Shown piece by piece: positions 19,358 to 30,564 of a stretch of DNA of 64,000 bases (position 1 is its first letter; each line of letters opens with the position of its first letter). Source of the stretch: a virus; the IMG/VR virus record IMGVR_UViG_2852409570_000001, positions 1,529 to 65,528 of that record; one strand, 5' to 3'. The notes beneath the pieces were generated by a model. That model was not told the origin of the DNA. It saw only the letters and a program-made list of their open reading frames with translations, and ran no database searches. A program made the position numbers and the translations under genes.

Positions 19358-19394
19358 AGAACATACATTCGTATATAATAAGAACTAACGTTCT
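19358..19394. promoter_or_regulatory. Two LexA/DinR (SOS) box-like sites
   Basis: AGAACATACATTCG (19358-19371) and AGAACTAACGTTCT (19381-19394) vs Bacillus GAAC-N4-GTTC. Confidence 0.7.
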
Positions 19395-19414
19395 GTTATT
19401 TAGGGGGAATAACG

Positions 19415-20680
19415 GTGTATGACTATTCAATATTGCCAAATCGAATTGTTTTATGTGTAGATCTTCGTTCGTTCTATGCCAGTGTATCGTGCATCAAAAT
19501 GGGATTAGACCCACTTCATACTAAATTGGCTGTAGTTGGTGATGTGAATAGGAGTGGTTCAATTGTTTTGGCTGCAACTCCACCATTAAAAGCATTAGGC
19601 GTTAAGAAAATGGCGAGATTGTATGAGATACCACGTCGTAAAGATATCCTTGTGATAAATCCAATTATGAGTACTTACATAAAATGTTCTAATTTCATTA
19701 CTAAGTTGGCCCTACAATACGTGCCAATTGAGGATTTTCACCAATATTCCATCGATGAGTTCTTTATGGACATTACGGATAGTATTCATTTATTTGCTAA
19801 TGATCCATATGAATTTGCATTGAAATTCAAACGAGAGATATATGCTAAGACGCGAATTGAATGCACGATAGGAATTGGTCCAAACCCTTTAATGAGCAAG
19901 GTTGCCTTAGATGTAGAAGCGAAGAAAACGAAAGATTGCATAGCATACTGGAAGTACGAAAATGTACCCATAAAATTATGGCCAATACAACCACTTAGTA
20001 AGTTTTGGGGGATTTCGGGTAAAACAGAAGCGAAGTTAAACCGAAAAGGAATTCATTCAATCGGAGACTTAGCGCAATACCCACTTAAATACTTAAAACA
20101 AAGCTTCGGGGTCATTGGCGAAGAATTGCACTTACATAGCAACGGCATAGATTTTAGCCGTATATCAGAAAAATATGTTCCAGCAACAACTTCTATTGGT
20201 AAAAGCCAAATACTTATGCGCGATTACACCATAGAAGAGTTTCCAATTATTCTACTGGAGCATATAGAAGAAGTTTGTTATCGAATGCGAAGGCAAAACA
20301 AACTAGCTCAAACTGTTCATTTTTCCATTGGTTATAGCAGAAATTACTCTGGTGGCTTCAGAAAAACTCACACTATGAACCGACCGACCAATTTAACAAT
20401 GGATATATATAAGATTTGTACATATTTTTTACACAAGTTTTACACTGGGGAGCCCATTAGATCCATAAATGTTTCTTTAACTAACTTAATCCATGAAGGC
20501 GAAGAACAAATCTCACTATTCGATAATGTAATACAACGAGAAAAAGAAATGAAACTAACGAAAGTAATGGACGAAATACGCACTAAATTTGGTAAGAACA
20601 GCATATTAAGAGGAATTTCGTATACAAATAGTGCAACAGCAAGATACAGAAACACATTGTTAGGGGGACATAAATCATGA
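19415..20680 (+). CDS. uvrX: Y-family translesion polymerase (UvrX/UmuC-like)
   Basis: CVDLRSFYASV, YSIDEFFMD, FWGISGKT motifs. Confidence 0.92.
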   Translation: MYDYSILPNRIVLCVDLRSFYASVSCIKMGLDPLHTKLAVVGDVNRSGSIVLAATPPLKALGVKKMARLYEIPRRKDILVINPIMSTYIKCSNFITKLALQYVPIEDFHQYSIDEFFMDITDSIHLFANDPYEFALKFKREIYAKTRIECTIGIGPNPLMSKVALDVEAKKTKDCIAYWKYENVPIKLWPIQPLSKFWGISGKTEAKLNRKGIHSIGDLAQYPLKYLKQSFGVIGEELHLHSNGIDFSRISEKYVPATTSIGKSQILMRDYTIEEFPIILLEHIEEVCYRMRRQNKLAQTVHFSIGYSRNYSGGFRKTHTMNRPTNLTMDIYKICTYFLHKFYTGEPIRSINVSLTNLIHEGEEQISLFDNVIQREKEMKLTKVMDEIRTKFGKNSILRGISYTNSATARYRNTLLGGHKS

Positions 20681-21018
20681 ACAACGCTAATATGCCAAAA
20701 GGAAGAGGAATGGTTAAATGGACTCCATTCGCAGCGATGCCAGAACAATTCGTAGGTATCTGTGAGATTATTAAAAACAAGACAAAAGTAGAACGCCCTA
20801 CATTAACCCAGGATGAACAAGAACTTATTGAGAATACACTATTATGTTCGCTGCTTTCTGAAGAAGAAATATTGATTACATATTATGAAGATGGATTTTT
20901 ACTTACTAGCTATATGACCGTCATTGATATTGATCCGTTGAATAAATCTATAATTTGTACGGATGCATTTTATAATAAAATAACGTTGAAATTTATTGAT
21001 ATTATTGATGCTAAATAA
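20677..21018 (+). CDS. yolD: YolD-like protein
   Basis: RGMVKWTPFAAMPEQ motif, coupled to the Y-family polymerase. Confidence 0.88.
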   Translation: MNNANMPKGRGMVKWTPFAAMPEQFVGICEIIKNKTKVERPTLTQDEQELIENTLLCSLLSEEEILITYYEDGFLLTSYMTVIDIDPLNKSIICTDAFYNKITLKFIDIIDAK

Positions 21019-21087
21019 AAAAATATTTTTACATTTTCCTCCTTAAATTGGTATGATTTACTTGTTTAAAAAAGGGGGGGGAGATTT

Positions 21088-22458
21088 TTGAGTTTAAATA
21101 TGTATTTAGGGGAAGTGCATACACAAACACAAGATATGAATGCTGTATGTACCGCTACCATTCAAGGTATGGAACAAGTTATTCAGTCGATTGATGCTTT
21201 TGCAATTGATACTGTTCTACAAGGACAAACATATAGTAGTGCCAAAGCATTTTTTGTACAAACCTTCCGTCCCTTAGCCCAAGGGATTATTTACTTGTGT
21301 GAAGAACTAATTCATCAGAATGATGCCTTTCCAAGTCAATTTCAATCACAGGTCGCTTCAACTGATGTAATTGAACAAGAAATATTAGAACAAATTCGAG
21401 AAATTGACCGAATGAAGGCAAGTATGGAAGCTATCAGTCAAGCTATGCCGATGCCAAGTATGGACGCTATGGCGAATCTTTTTACTGTCATGAGACACAA
21501 ACTTCAAGAAAAGTTAAATCACCTATATGAATTTAATCAAGCGTCTAGCAATAACTATGCTACAGCACTTCAACTAGCTGCGAGTATCGCACAAGGTCTT
21601 GCGGAAGTGCAAAGTGGCAAAGGATTTAGTCCTGCAAGCGGAACATTTAGTACGCAAGTGTTGAATATGGAGTGGACTACTTCTATTCAAGCGATTGAAG
21701 AAGATAGGAAGCGTCAGGCTGATAAATCAATCGAAGAAGGTGCAATGTGTGGTAAACTTTCTTCGGAGGAAAAAGGATTTGATGGTAAAAAATTAGCTAG
21801 AGATATTGCTGGTGAAATAAGTGGTGAATACGATGTTCGTCGTGCTTGGGACGGTATCGATCCATCTACTGGCGAAAAACTTTCCACTTGGGAAAGGGTT
21901 TTTGCTGGAGGAATGGCTGTAGCTGGTCTTACACCAGTCGGAAAAATTGCCAAAGTTGGCAAAGGGGTAAAAATGACTGCGAATGCAGTTGAAGCTGCTA
22001 ATACTATTAAAAAAGCTGATCGTGCCTCAGACATAAAAAAATATGCTACAAGTATCGATCATCAAGTAACTGAAATAGAAAAAGCGAATTTACCACCTTG
22101 GATTGGAGATTCATTTACAGATGGAGTATTTAGAACTGTAAAAACTAATGAAGAGGTAACATTATATCGTACATTTGGGCATAGTGCTGATGCAGGCGGT
22201 GGTTTCGCTACAACTGTCCCCGCTCAAAATCGAATACAAGCGAAACTAGATACAGCTCTTTTACCGGAATGGAAAAATAGTAGAATGTATGAGGCTACGA
22301 TTAAAGTTCCGGAAGGCGAAACTCTTAATCTTGGAAAAGTAGCTGAACAATACACAATGAGCGGGACTACGTTGAAAGGTGGTGGAGATCAAGTTTTACT
22401 TCCACAAAACTGGCCTTTAGAATGGATTTCAGATGTACGAAAAGTACCAAATAAGTAA
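21088..22458 (+). CDS. LXG-type T7SS polymorphic toxin with pre-toxin TG region and ART/TNT-like (TreTu-like) C-terminus
   Basis: LXG-like N-terminus, GEYDVRRAWDGIDPSTGEKLS, C-terminal YRTFG...ALLPEWKN...GKVAEQ...GGGDQ. Confidence 0.75.
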   Translation: MSLNMYLGEVHTQTQDMNAVCTATIQGMEQVIQSIDAFAIDTVLQGQTYSSAKAFFVQTFRPLAQGIIYLCEELIHQNDAFPSQFQSQVASTDVIEQEILEQIREIDRMKASMEAISQAMPMPSMDAMANLFTVMRHKLQEKLNHLYEFNQASSNNYATALQLAASIAQGLAEVQSGKGFSPASGTFSTQVLNMEWTTSIQAIEEDRKRQADKSIEEGAMCGKLSSEEKGFDGKKLARDIAGEISGEYDVRRAWDGIDPSTGEKLSTWERVFAGGMAVAGLTPVGKIAKVGKGVKMTANAVEAANTIKKADRASDIKKYATSIDHQVTEIEKANLPPWIGDSFTDGVFRTVKTNEEVTLYRTFGHSADAGGGFATTVPAQNRIQAKLDTALLPEWKNSRMYEATIKVPEGETLNLGKVAEQYTMSGTTLKGGGDQVLLPQNWPLEWISDVRKVPNK

Positions 22459-22483
22459 TTGAAATGAAAATGGAGGTATTTAA

Positions 22484-22786
22484 ATGCTTACACAGGACCA
22501 AAATATTACTGAATTAAAAAAACAAATGAATAACATCATTCAAACTCTTGAAAAAGAAAATCAAGTAAAAGGCAAAAGAATGATTGATGATATAATTAAA
22601 CGCTATAAATCAGCTGTAACCATTTTAGAAACTAAAGAACATACTTCACTATCTAGAGTGGATTTCAAAATTTTTGGTGGAGTAAGAGCATATCTTGATT
22701 GTTCAAGTGACTATGACAACCCTGTATTAGGTGAAATGCATAAGGTAGAACAATCACTTCAAAGTATATTAAACGAAAGTAAATAA
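22484..22786 (+). CDS. Putative cognate immunity protein
   Basis: 100 aa ORF directly downstream of the toxin, GGAGG RBS, followed by terminator 22791-22826. Confidence 0.65.
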   Translation: MLTQDQNITELKKQMNNIIQTLEKENQVKGKRMIDDIIKRYKSAVTILETKEHTSLSRVDFKIFGGVRAYLDCSSDYDNPVLGEMHKVEQSLQSILNESK

Positions 22787-22986
22787 TATTAGACCGCCCT
22801 TCCCAAAAAAAGGGCGGTCTTTTTCTTCTCACTTCACATACACATAGGCTTCATTTGCAGTAATATAGTATGTTTTCCCTTTGCTATTGTGAACTTTATA
22901 TTGTGGTGATCCATTGACAAAAAAGACTCCCCATTAAGGACAGCCTTTGTTTTTTACCAAACTATTCTTTTGCATAGTAATATATT

Positions 22987-23922
22987 TTACTTTTCAAACT
23001 TTACATATTCACCAGAAACCCATTGGTCGCCACCAACATTATACCAACCGTCTCTATATCCCCACGTTTGATATTTTTCACCTTGATACACATTCTTCAC
23101 GACGCCATAGTTAGTTCTCGGACCAGTACGAACACGTAATACATCAGCTGTAATGGTCACTACACCAATGCCATCATTTGTAGGTTTAGAAGATTCCGGT
23201 GTATCCCCTCCTGTATAACGAATATATGATGAATCATTATATACCCACTGATCGCCGCCTAAGTTTAGCCACCCATTTGAATCGCCCCATACTTGGTAGG
23301 ACTCACCTTTACCTAATTGGCGAATAACTCCATATCCTGTACCTGGACCTTTACGAAGATTAACATTATTCCCTTCAATATATGCAATGCCTGTCTCACT
23401 ATTTGAAGGCGGTGTAGGGGTTGGGGATACGTTATTTTCACCACCGTAATATGCGTTTCGGACTCTTTCGATAAAGTTATCCCAACGTCCTTCTGCTAAC
23501 ATTCGATGCGGACAATATTTCCCACTCCACGATTGGTGTGTACGAACTTTGCTAATCGGAATATTGTACTGTTTCATCAGTTGAGCTACAATGATGGCTG
23601 CATTATCTTCAGCTTTATAATATCGATCTCCACCGTTTAAAGAGTAGCAAATCTCAACCCCGATAGACTTTCTATTACCATTTCCGCCACCATCGCCACA
23701 ATGCCACGCGTTACGCTCTAAAGGAATTCCTTGTACAGCTTCCTTATCATCTACCGCGATATGAAACGAAACCTGATTATCGTTACGAATCATATAAGCC
23801 ACTTCGTTTTCTGCTGTAGCATCGTTGTAAGTATTGTGGACCGTGATTAATTCAGGGTTCATTGTATACGGACACTTTGTACCATATTTACTTGGGTCAA
23901 CTAATTTTTTTCTGATTTCCAT
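22987..23922 (-). CDS. Endolysin: Amidase_2 plus two SH3b domains
   Basis: ITVHNT, SFHIAVDD, HQSWSGKYCPHR; NLRKGPGT and RVRTGP SH3b repeats. Confidence 0.95.
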   Translation of the reverse strand: MEIRKKLVDPSKYGTKCPYTMNPELITVHNTYNDATAENEVAYMIRNDNQVSFHIAVDDKEAVQGIPLERNAWHCGDGGGNGNRKSIGVEICYSLNGGDRYYKAEDNAAIIVAQLMKQYNIPISKVRTHQSWSGKYCPHRMLAEGRWDNFIERVRNAYYGGENNVSPTPTPPSNSETGIAYIEGNNVNLRKGPGTGYGVIRQLGKGESYQVWGDSNGWLNLGGDQWVYNDSSYIRYTGGDTPESSKPTNDGIGVVTITADVLRVRTGPRTNYGVVKNVYQGEKYQTWGYRDGWYNVGGDQWVSGEYVKFEK

Positions 23923-24347
23923 TATTGAACATCTCCCTTTTTCTCTTCTTGTTTTTGTTTACCACCTAAAATTTCAACTGCATTTGTTAAAGCTTGTGGC
24001 AACGGAATACCCATTCGACCAGCATTTTCTAAAAGTGAAAGTAGCTCATTACCCATGAAGAAGAAGATAGTCGCTTCACGAATTGCACTGTTACTTCCAA
24101 GTGCTGAATCTAGTTGTGCAGCCGCTCCGACCAAAAGAAAAAGCACCACCTTTTTGGCGATGCCTTTGAAACCAACTTTACTTTTTAATTCTCCGTTATA
24201 TCCTGCTGCAACTACTCCTGTGATATAGTCGATAACTGCCATGATTACTAGGACTTTCAATGTTGCATCCCATCCTCCCAAGAAATACCCACAGAAGCCA
24301 CCAAAAGTGGCAATAAAGGTTTTTAATAATACATCAATACGATCCAT
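23922..24347 (-). CDS. Holin (phage holin 4 / toxin secretion-lysis family)
   Basis: DYITGV, GFKGIAKK, NELLSLLENAGRMGIPLP. Confidence 0.93.
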   Translation of the reverse strand: MDRIDVLLKTFIATFGGFCGYFLGGWDATLKVLVIMAVIDYITGVVAAGYNGELKSKVGFKGIAKKVVLFLLVGAAAQLDSALGSNSAIREATIFFFMGNELLSLLENAGRMGIPLPQALTNAVEILGGKQKQEEKKGDVQ

Positions 24348-24386
24348 CTTTTCCTCTCCTTTTTTAGATAATAAATAAAGACCAGC

Positions 24387-24755
24387 TTATGGCTGCTCTA
24401 TTCGCGTTTTATTTTCAGTTTTTTGTGTCTCTTGCGGAGGGCGTTGACCAGTAAATGAAAAATAATCATCAGAACAAAGTCTCTTTTTCCCAAAACCCGT
24501 TTCTAATTCATACAAACGCGCGCCACGTTTACATATTTCGCATCTTGTTGCAATACGGAAATATATCGTTCCATCTGTTTCTCCCCACACCTCTACTTTA
24601 TTCGCACCATATAAACCGGCATTGTTTAGCATATCAAAAGGAATTCGCACAAATACTCCGTTTTCGTTTCTTTCTGAATCTACTAACCTACCAGCAAACG
24701 GAGCACCTTGCCCTGCTTGTAAGGGGGAACCTTGTAAATCTTTGTAATCATTCAT
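24387..24755 (-). CDS. Hypothetical protein with AbrB-like segment and Cys motif
   Basis: GVFVRIPFDML...VEVWGETDGTIYF, RCEIC; located between the tail and lysis genes. Confidence 0.6.
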   Translation of the reverse strand: MNDYKDLQGSPLQAGQGAPFAGRLVDSERNENGVFVRIPFDMLNNAGLYGANKVEVWGETDGTIYFRIATRCEICKRGARLYELETGFGKKRLCSDDYFSFTGQRPPQETQKTENKTRIEQP

Positions 24756-24766
24756 ATATTTTCCTC

Positions 24767-27700
24767 CTAAACGTTAGGTAGCTTGTACCATTGTCCTCCC
24801 ATTCCCATAAAATAAAACCCATAGCCTTGACCGCCATCAAAGAAACGAATGGACCCAGCTTGGCCCATTTTATTACGCCCTAAATTTATTCCCTGCGTTA
24901 GAATAGGTTGATTTATGAATACATCCTTTTCTGTACTTATATCAAAGGTCTGCCCATGAGCAGCTGGACCTATGTTGTTATTTACGCTGCCTATAGCAAT
25001 TCTATTAAACGGTTGAAGACCATCGGCCCTTTCTGCTGCCGCACGATCCCAGTTATACATGCAAGCATAGTTACCACTAACCAATGTTATCCCTGAAACA
25101 CAAACAGCCCTCCCCGCAGAAACTTGCGCATTTGCAGCTGTAACTTTAACTACAATCATATGTTCTTGTGGATTGTAATTGTTAGGAACGGTAAATGTGA
25201 AATTATACCTTCTAATTTCACCATAAAATGTAGATGGCTCTGGAAAATCTTTATATATTTCATGCCAAATTTTATAACTCACTTCATCCAATGGCGTAAC
25301 AAAACATACCTGCAATCGTGGTTTTGCAGTTGTACGCACACCGTTAATCTGTGCGGTTCTATAATGTGCTGACAATGTATAAGAGTTTCCTGGATGAATC
25401 CCGTTTTGAACCTTTGTTTCTGGATAATTATACGTGTCGACACGGACTGCATTTACCATTTGTTCATAGTTAAATATAAAAGTGTTATTTTCTATCACTA
25501 CACCGTTTCCTTGTACTTTCCAAGGTAGACCATATCCAGCACCAAACCCCTGATAATTTGGGTTACCTATGTTCAATTTTGGAACACTAGAAAAATCATG
25601 ATCGGCTATTAAATTTCGTTTTGGCATAACAGTTGTTTTCGTTCCCCATTCATCTTCAAAAAGGAAGTCTAACATTTTAATAGTAACGCCGTTTTTATCG
25701 ATGGTAATTTTATCGCCATTAACTTTGATGATATTTGTATCAATACCCTTTGCGGTTAACCATTTCACCATTGTATCGGCATTAATGGCTACCTTTGAAA
25801 CATCAATTTCTAATTTTTCCGATGAAAAGTTAATAGCTGCGATGATATTACCTTTTTTAACTTCTGCAAGGATTCCTTCATCAAGAACTTTAAGTTTAGA
25901 ACCCGTTTCTTTTACATAAACGGCGTAAGTCTCATTAATAAACTTTTCTTGTTTCTTCGATGTTATTTCGACGCCTTCTGCAGTAGCGCTAATACCTCTT
26001 TCTAATTCGGTTACTTTTCTATCGTAATCTTTAGTTGCTATCTTATCGGCCAATTCTTCCATGATTTTATCTTTATCTACAATATCAACAGGGTTCTCCA
26101 TAAACGAAGAAGGTTTATCACCAATTTGTAGCATGGGTTGTGCCATCCATAGACGACCATTTTTACGAACCCAAAACAGCACTTTAACTTTTTTTGTGCC
26201 TTCGATTAATAGCCCTGCCACATGTGTACGAATCCATGTTCCTTGTGAAATAGTTATTTCTTGCAAGTAACTTTTAATCATTTTATTGTTTACATCGTAA
26301 CATTGGAGCTCGATAGCAGCTCCGGCATCTATACTAGCTTTGTTATCTGTATAAAAGTAAGCAGAGAAAACATAATTCCATCCAGGCCCCGCATTTATAT
26401 ACTCGTGCGATGCACCTTTATACAAATTGCTCGCATTACCTGCAGTAATAACACTAAGTGAATTGCATCCCTTATAAGTGACTTGTGTATCTCTTGTTGC
26501 ACCTGATTGAAGAACCCAATATTTTGTGTCATTCTTCCAAAGAACATTCCGTAATACAGTTTGATTACCGATCCCACCAACATAATCTTCAACATCTTTT
26601 ATTTCAACTTTTCCTTCCAAAGCTTTTGCAGTAGTTTCCCAACCTGCTTTAGCCTCCTGTAACTGCGTACCTTGTTTAGTTTGTATCTCTTGTAAACTAG
26701 TAACTTTTTCTTTAATACCGTCTGCTGTTTTCTCTACAGTAGTCACACGCTCGCTAAAATCGACTTGTGTTTTTTCTACCGTTTTAATACTTTCTTTAAT
26801 ACCATTCACACTTTTTTCAATCTCGGTTGTTTTTTTAGTGAATTCATCATTCGTTACTTGATTTTCTGGAGCTGGTGTCCAATCCTGCGGCTTATTCCCT
26901 TTATATAAAGCAACCCATTCTACAATTGCCTTTGTAGCATTATTTGGATAATTATATAAGTTTAATCTCCGTTCATTCCCACTTGTAGTTGCAACAGCTT
27001 TGAAAGTTACATAAGTTATTCCGTTAGCATAGGCACTTGTTGCATATCCAACATTATTTGAACCACCATTCTGCCAAATTCCAAATTGTTGGCCTTGCGG
27101 GACACTTCCTTTAATTACAAAAGTGTATTCCTCGCCTGCAACAAAATTTTCAGTTAAAGAATATGGATTGATTAGATAATCTGTTTTTTCGTATTTAACA
27201 TTTGAATCTAATAAAAGATTACGTCCTCCAGCTTTATCATTATTAACTTTCTTTTCTACGCTCTCCAACTTCTCACTAACCTGGCCAGCTTTTTCTGTAA
27301 TTTCAGTTGTGGTTTTCTTTAGATTATTAGTTGTTTGCTGCACCTCAGAGATGGTCTTTTTCGTAACTTCAGCAGTCTCTACCACTTTATTTAATTTTTC
27401 AGCGATTTCACCATCTTTTTTTGTTAACGATTCAATAGATTTAGTAAAACCCTCGTTAGTTTGTTTCATTTCAGAAACAGTTTTATTAATTTCACCTTGA
27501 GAGTTTTGTACATTTTTAATAGTTTGTGAAACTCCTTGGAGACTGTTTTTAACTTCCTTAAATTGTCCATTGGTTTCACTTTGCGCTTCTTCTACTTTTT
27601 TGTTTAATTCTTCTTTTGTAAGCTGAATATCTTTATTAACTTGTTTCAGTGTTTCTTCCTTTACTGACTCTACATCAGGAATAAGAAGTTCCCAATCCTT

Positions 27701-29083
27701 ACCGTTCCACACTTTTAAAAAACCAGGCTTACCGGTACTAATATCTCGCCATATCGTTTTACCAATTTGAAGATTCTCTGTGGGTGGCTGCTTAGATTCA
27801 ATGATATTAACGGTATTATTCTTCAAATTTTCTTGAACTTTTTGTGCTAACTCTTTAACGGCTTTAGACTCTTCTCGTATGGTTTCAATTGTTTTTCCGT
27901 TCTCTTCTACCAATTTTTCTAGCTGATCCAACAATTCTTTGTTTGCCTTACCAGTTAATTGCCCAAGAAGCCTATTGTATAATTTCCGCATTTCTTCATT
28001 CGGATCGGTAATTTCGCGATAATCACCAAATACATATTTATCTTGTGAAGGGTCTGTAAATGATTCATCACCACCGATTACCCGTGCTTCTAAATAAAGT
28101 TTCGGTGTAAATCCAGTATCTTTAATTCGAATTGTATCGCCTTCATTAATTAGCTCGTGAGATAATCCGAATACACGCCCTATAGCCGCTGCTTCTACAT
28201 CGTAAACAACAGAAGTATTAACGCGTTTTGCGAACTCTGTTTTCATAAGAGTAAGGAGACGCTTTGGTGTCATATTTTGTTCTTCTGTCTCCGGAGAATA
28301 GAAACCAAATTTATGTTTACCGTTCTCATTCCAGCGTTGATAGGCATCGCTATCAGTAATATAAGGTAAACCATCATTAATGCTTTCAACTGTAATAATG
28401 GTATCCCCTTCGCCCTGGACGAATCCGACTAAGGCAGTACAGACATCCCGAGAGTGCTCAATACGTCTAACACCGACTAAATCTTTACCTAAAGTGACTT
28501 CCTTACCAGTGTCTCTACCACGTTTTTTCACCATATCCACGTACCAACCTACAATCTGTGAACCGACTACTTCCACACGGTATTGAACCTCTAAATCGAA
28601 TAAAGCAGCTATCTTCTTTAAAAAGGTAAGAGGATCTATAATGGTATCGATGGTCATTGTATGGAAACCTGCATACTCAGTTTTTCCGCGTTTCCACTTC
28701 GTACCTACAAGAGCCATATCCATGAATTGATTTACTGTTTTACCTTCTATACGTTGCGGCATGATATAACCGTCTTTTGCTATCTGAACCCATGCACCCG
28801 AAGTACGTACAGTAAGTGATCTATCTCTTGAATCCTTTTCAACTTCATTATTTATAACATAAGGAACAATCCGTCCATCACGTACTTCTTTTAATACTAA
28901 ATTTTGCTGCATAAGTGTCACTGCATGCTCTGTATTATCAAACACTTTAAACTCTAAAGTATCGATATTGTTCTTAATCTCCCAATGACGTATATCATCC
29001 CAATAATTTTGTGGCTGGATATTAGCAACAATTTGGTCCGTTTTAAAATCAATGACATGAAGTGTGCCGCTAGGTGCTCTCAT
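24767..29083 (-). CDS. Tail-associated (Tal/endopeptidase-like) host-recognition protein
   Basis: Prophage-tail N-terminus, long coiled coil, GGRNLL and DWTPAPE carbohydrate-binding-type modules. Confidence 0.88.
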   Translation of the reverse strand: MRAPSGTLHVIDFKTDQIVANIQPQNYWDDIRHWEIKNNIDTLEFKVFDNTEHAVTLMQQNLVLKEVRDGRIVPYVINNEVEKDSRDRSLTVRTSGAWVQIAKDGYIMPQRIEGKTVNQFMDMALVGTKWKRGKTEYAGFHTMTIDTIIDPLTFLKKIAALFDLEVQYRVEVVGSQIVGWYVDMVKKRGRDTGKEVTLGKDLVGVRRIEHSRDVCTALVGFVQGEGDTIITVESINDGLPYITDSDAYQRWNENGKHKFGFYSPETEEQNMTPKRLLTLMKTEFAKRVNTSVVYDVEAAAIGRVFGLSHELINEGDTIRIKDTGFTPKLYLEARVIGGDESFTDPSQDKYVFGDYREITDPNEEMRKLYNRLLGQLTGKANKELLDQLEKLVEENGKTIETIREESKAVKELAQKVQENLKNNTVNIIESKQPPTENLQIGKTIWRDISTGKPGFLKVWNGKDWELLIPDVESVKEETLKQVNKDIQLTKEELNKKVEEAQSETNGQFKEVKNSLQGVSQTIKNVQNSQGEINKTVSEMKQTNEGFTKSIESLTKKDGEIAEKLNKVVETAEVTKKTISEVQQTTNNLKKTTTEITEKAGQVSEKLESVEKKVNNDKAGGRNLLLDSNVKYEKTDYLINPYSLTENFVAGEEYTFVIKGSVPQGQQFGIWQNGGSNNVGYATSAYANGITYVTFKAVATTSGNERRLNLYNYPNNATKAIVEWVALYKGNKPQDWTPAPENQVTNDEFTKKTTEIEKSVNGIKESIKTVEKTQVDFSERVTTVEKTADGIKEKVTSLQEIQTKQGTQLQEAKAGWETTAKALEGKVEIKDVEDYVGGIGNQTVLRNVLWKNDTKYWVLQSGATRDTQVTYKGCNSLSVITAGNASNLYKGASHEYINAGPGWNYVFSAYFYTDNKASIDAGAAIELQCYDVNNKMIKSYLQEITISQGTWIRTHVAGLLIEGTKKVKVLFWVRKNGRLWMAQPMLQIGDKPSSFMENPVDIVDKDKIMEELADKIATKDYDRKVTELERGISATAEGVEITSKKQEKFINETYAVYVKETGSKLKVLDEGILAEVKKGNIIAAINFSSEKLEIDVSKVAINADTMVKWLTAKGIDTNIIKVNGDKITIDKNGVTIKMLDFLFEDEWGTKTTVMPKRNLIADHDFSSVPKLNIGNPNYQGFGAGYGLPWKVQGNGVVIENNTFIFNYEQMVNAVRVDTYNYPETKVQNGIHPGNSYTLSAHYRTAQINGVRTTAKPRLQVCFVTPLDEVSYKIWHEIYKDFPEPSTFYGEIRRYNFTFTVPNNYNPQEHMIVVKVTAANAQVSAGRAVCVSGITLVSGNYACMYNWDRAAAERADGLQPFNRIAIGSVNNNIGPAAHGQTFDISTEKDVFINQPILTQGINLGRNKMGQAGSIRFFDGGQGYGFYFMGMGGQWYKLPNV

Positions 29084-30552
29084 CGATATCTCTCCCTATA
29101 TGTTACTTTGGCTATTCCCACATCGGAAGGCATAATTTCAAGCTTGTTTGATCCTTTGCTAACAACTGGATAATCACTGAATATATCTTTTAAATTTATA
29201 ACTTTTTTACCATTAATCGATACAAGGCTTCGCTCGGTGTCAATAACTACCTTATCTCCAACATCAAAAATGTAAGGTGGATTATCTTGTGTATTCATAT
29301 TGACCTTCCAGATTTTCAAATCATCAATGCTCATGTCTGTACAGAACATGTTATCCGAAAATTGACTGATGCTAATTTGAACTTGTGCCACTTTGTCCAT
29401 ATTCACATTGTTTTCATCTTCCCACACAACAAAGCGTTCCGAGTCATCCTTTTCGGTATTCCATAAAAACTTAGAAATATACGCTTCCCACCTATTACCG
29501 GTACGTGCTAACCACAAGCGACCACGATATTGATTCCATGTAGTAGGATGGTCCCCTGGTTCATTTATAAGTACTTGCTCACCAGCTGGTTTCTTTTTGT
29601 TGCCAAGCTTAGCGAACCCTGTATTTTGTTCAGCTTGCCAATGGACATCATTCATAGAAATACGCGCTACATAGTCGCTGTTTTCATCCAATAAACCTAT
29701 TTCAACGCGTCCCATTTGATCTGGATGCGAGCTTCTTACCCCAACATACGCCTGCATAATAAAGTCTTGCAGTGGCCCTTGCGGAATGTTCTTTTTGGCT
29801 ATGCAACCATGCCATCCTTTTATGTTTGTTTCACCTAAATAAACCGGAACTAGGCGTGAGCCTGCATCCACTTTGAAAGCTCCTCCCCCTACCATATCTT
29901 CTGCATTCGGAACATCCGTCCATCCTATAGTGGTAGACATTTCATCCCACATAACACGCTGATTTCTCTCAACAGGTACCTGATCCATTCTAAGCGGCCA
30001 TCCAATACGAAAGTAATTATCTCCATTCCATACATCAAGAAAAGTTGAGGGTTTCGTTACCTCAATTTTAATAATTGGGTTAGATTCAAGACTTCCTTTG
30101 TTTTGAATATTCGCCACTAGCCCACGCTCATTAGCTTGAAATTCTACGATTCTTGTAGGACCTAATTTATATGGCATTTCACAAATAAAAGTAAGTACTC
30201 CTTCTCCTAAATTCACTAATTGCTGTGGGTCAAAAGATTCATCAATAACGGCCAAATACGTACGATCTTTTTCATCATCAAAGATCAGTTCTTGAGGTTG
30301 GTCTGTAATAAGCCAATTAGCTATTTCTTCCTTTAACTTTTCGGCTTCTTCCATAGATTCATAAAATAATGAAACTGGTACAATTATTTTCCTCATTTTT
30401 GTTTGTGTTCTTATCAAACGCCCACCTGGATAGTGGGGAACTTCAAGAAATGTACGTTCCAAAGGAGCCCATGCAGGGCGTTTTTTACCCTGCAATGGTA
30501 TTACATTCGGATTCCTCTCCCCATTAAAACTAAAGAAACTAATTCCCGTCAT
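29080..30552 (-). CDS. Distal tail (Dit) protein
   Basis: LIFDDEKDRTYLA, FICEMPYK; position after tape measure gene. Confidence 0.88.
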   Translation of the reverse strand: MTGISFFSFNGERNPNVIPLQGKKRPAWAPLERTFLEVPHYPGGRLIRTQTKMRKIIVPVSLFYESMEEAEKLKEEIANWLITDQPQELIFDDEKDRTYLAVIDESFDPQQLVNLGEGVLTFICEMPYKLGPTRIVEFQANERGLVANIQNKGSLESNPIIKIEVTKPSTFLDVWNGDNYFRIGWPLRMDQVPVERNQRVMWDEMSTTIGWTDVPNAEDMVGGGAFKVDAGSRLVPVYLGETNIKGWHGCIAKKNIPQGPLQDFIMQAYVGVRSSHPDQMGRVEIGLLDENSDYVARISMNDVHWQAEQNTGFAKLGNKKKPAGEQVLINEPGDHPTTWNQYRGRLWLARTGNRWEAYISKFLWNTEKDDSERFVVWEDENNVNMDKVAQVQISISQFSDNMFCTDMSIDDLKIWKVNMNTQDNPPYIFDVGDKVVIDTERSLVSINGKKVINLKDIFSDYPVVSKGSNKLEIMPSDVGIAKVTYRERYR

Positions 30553-30564
30553 ACCATCACCTGC

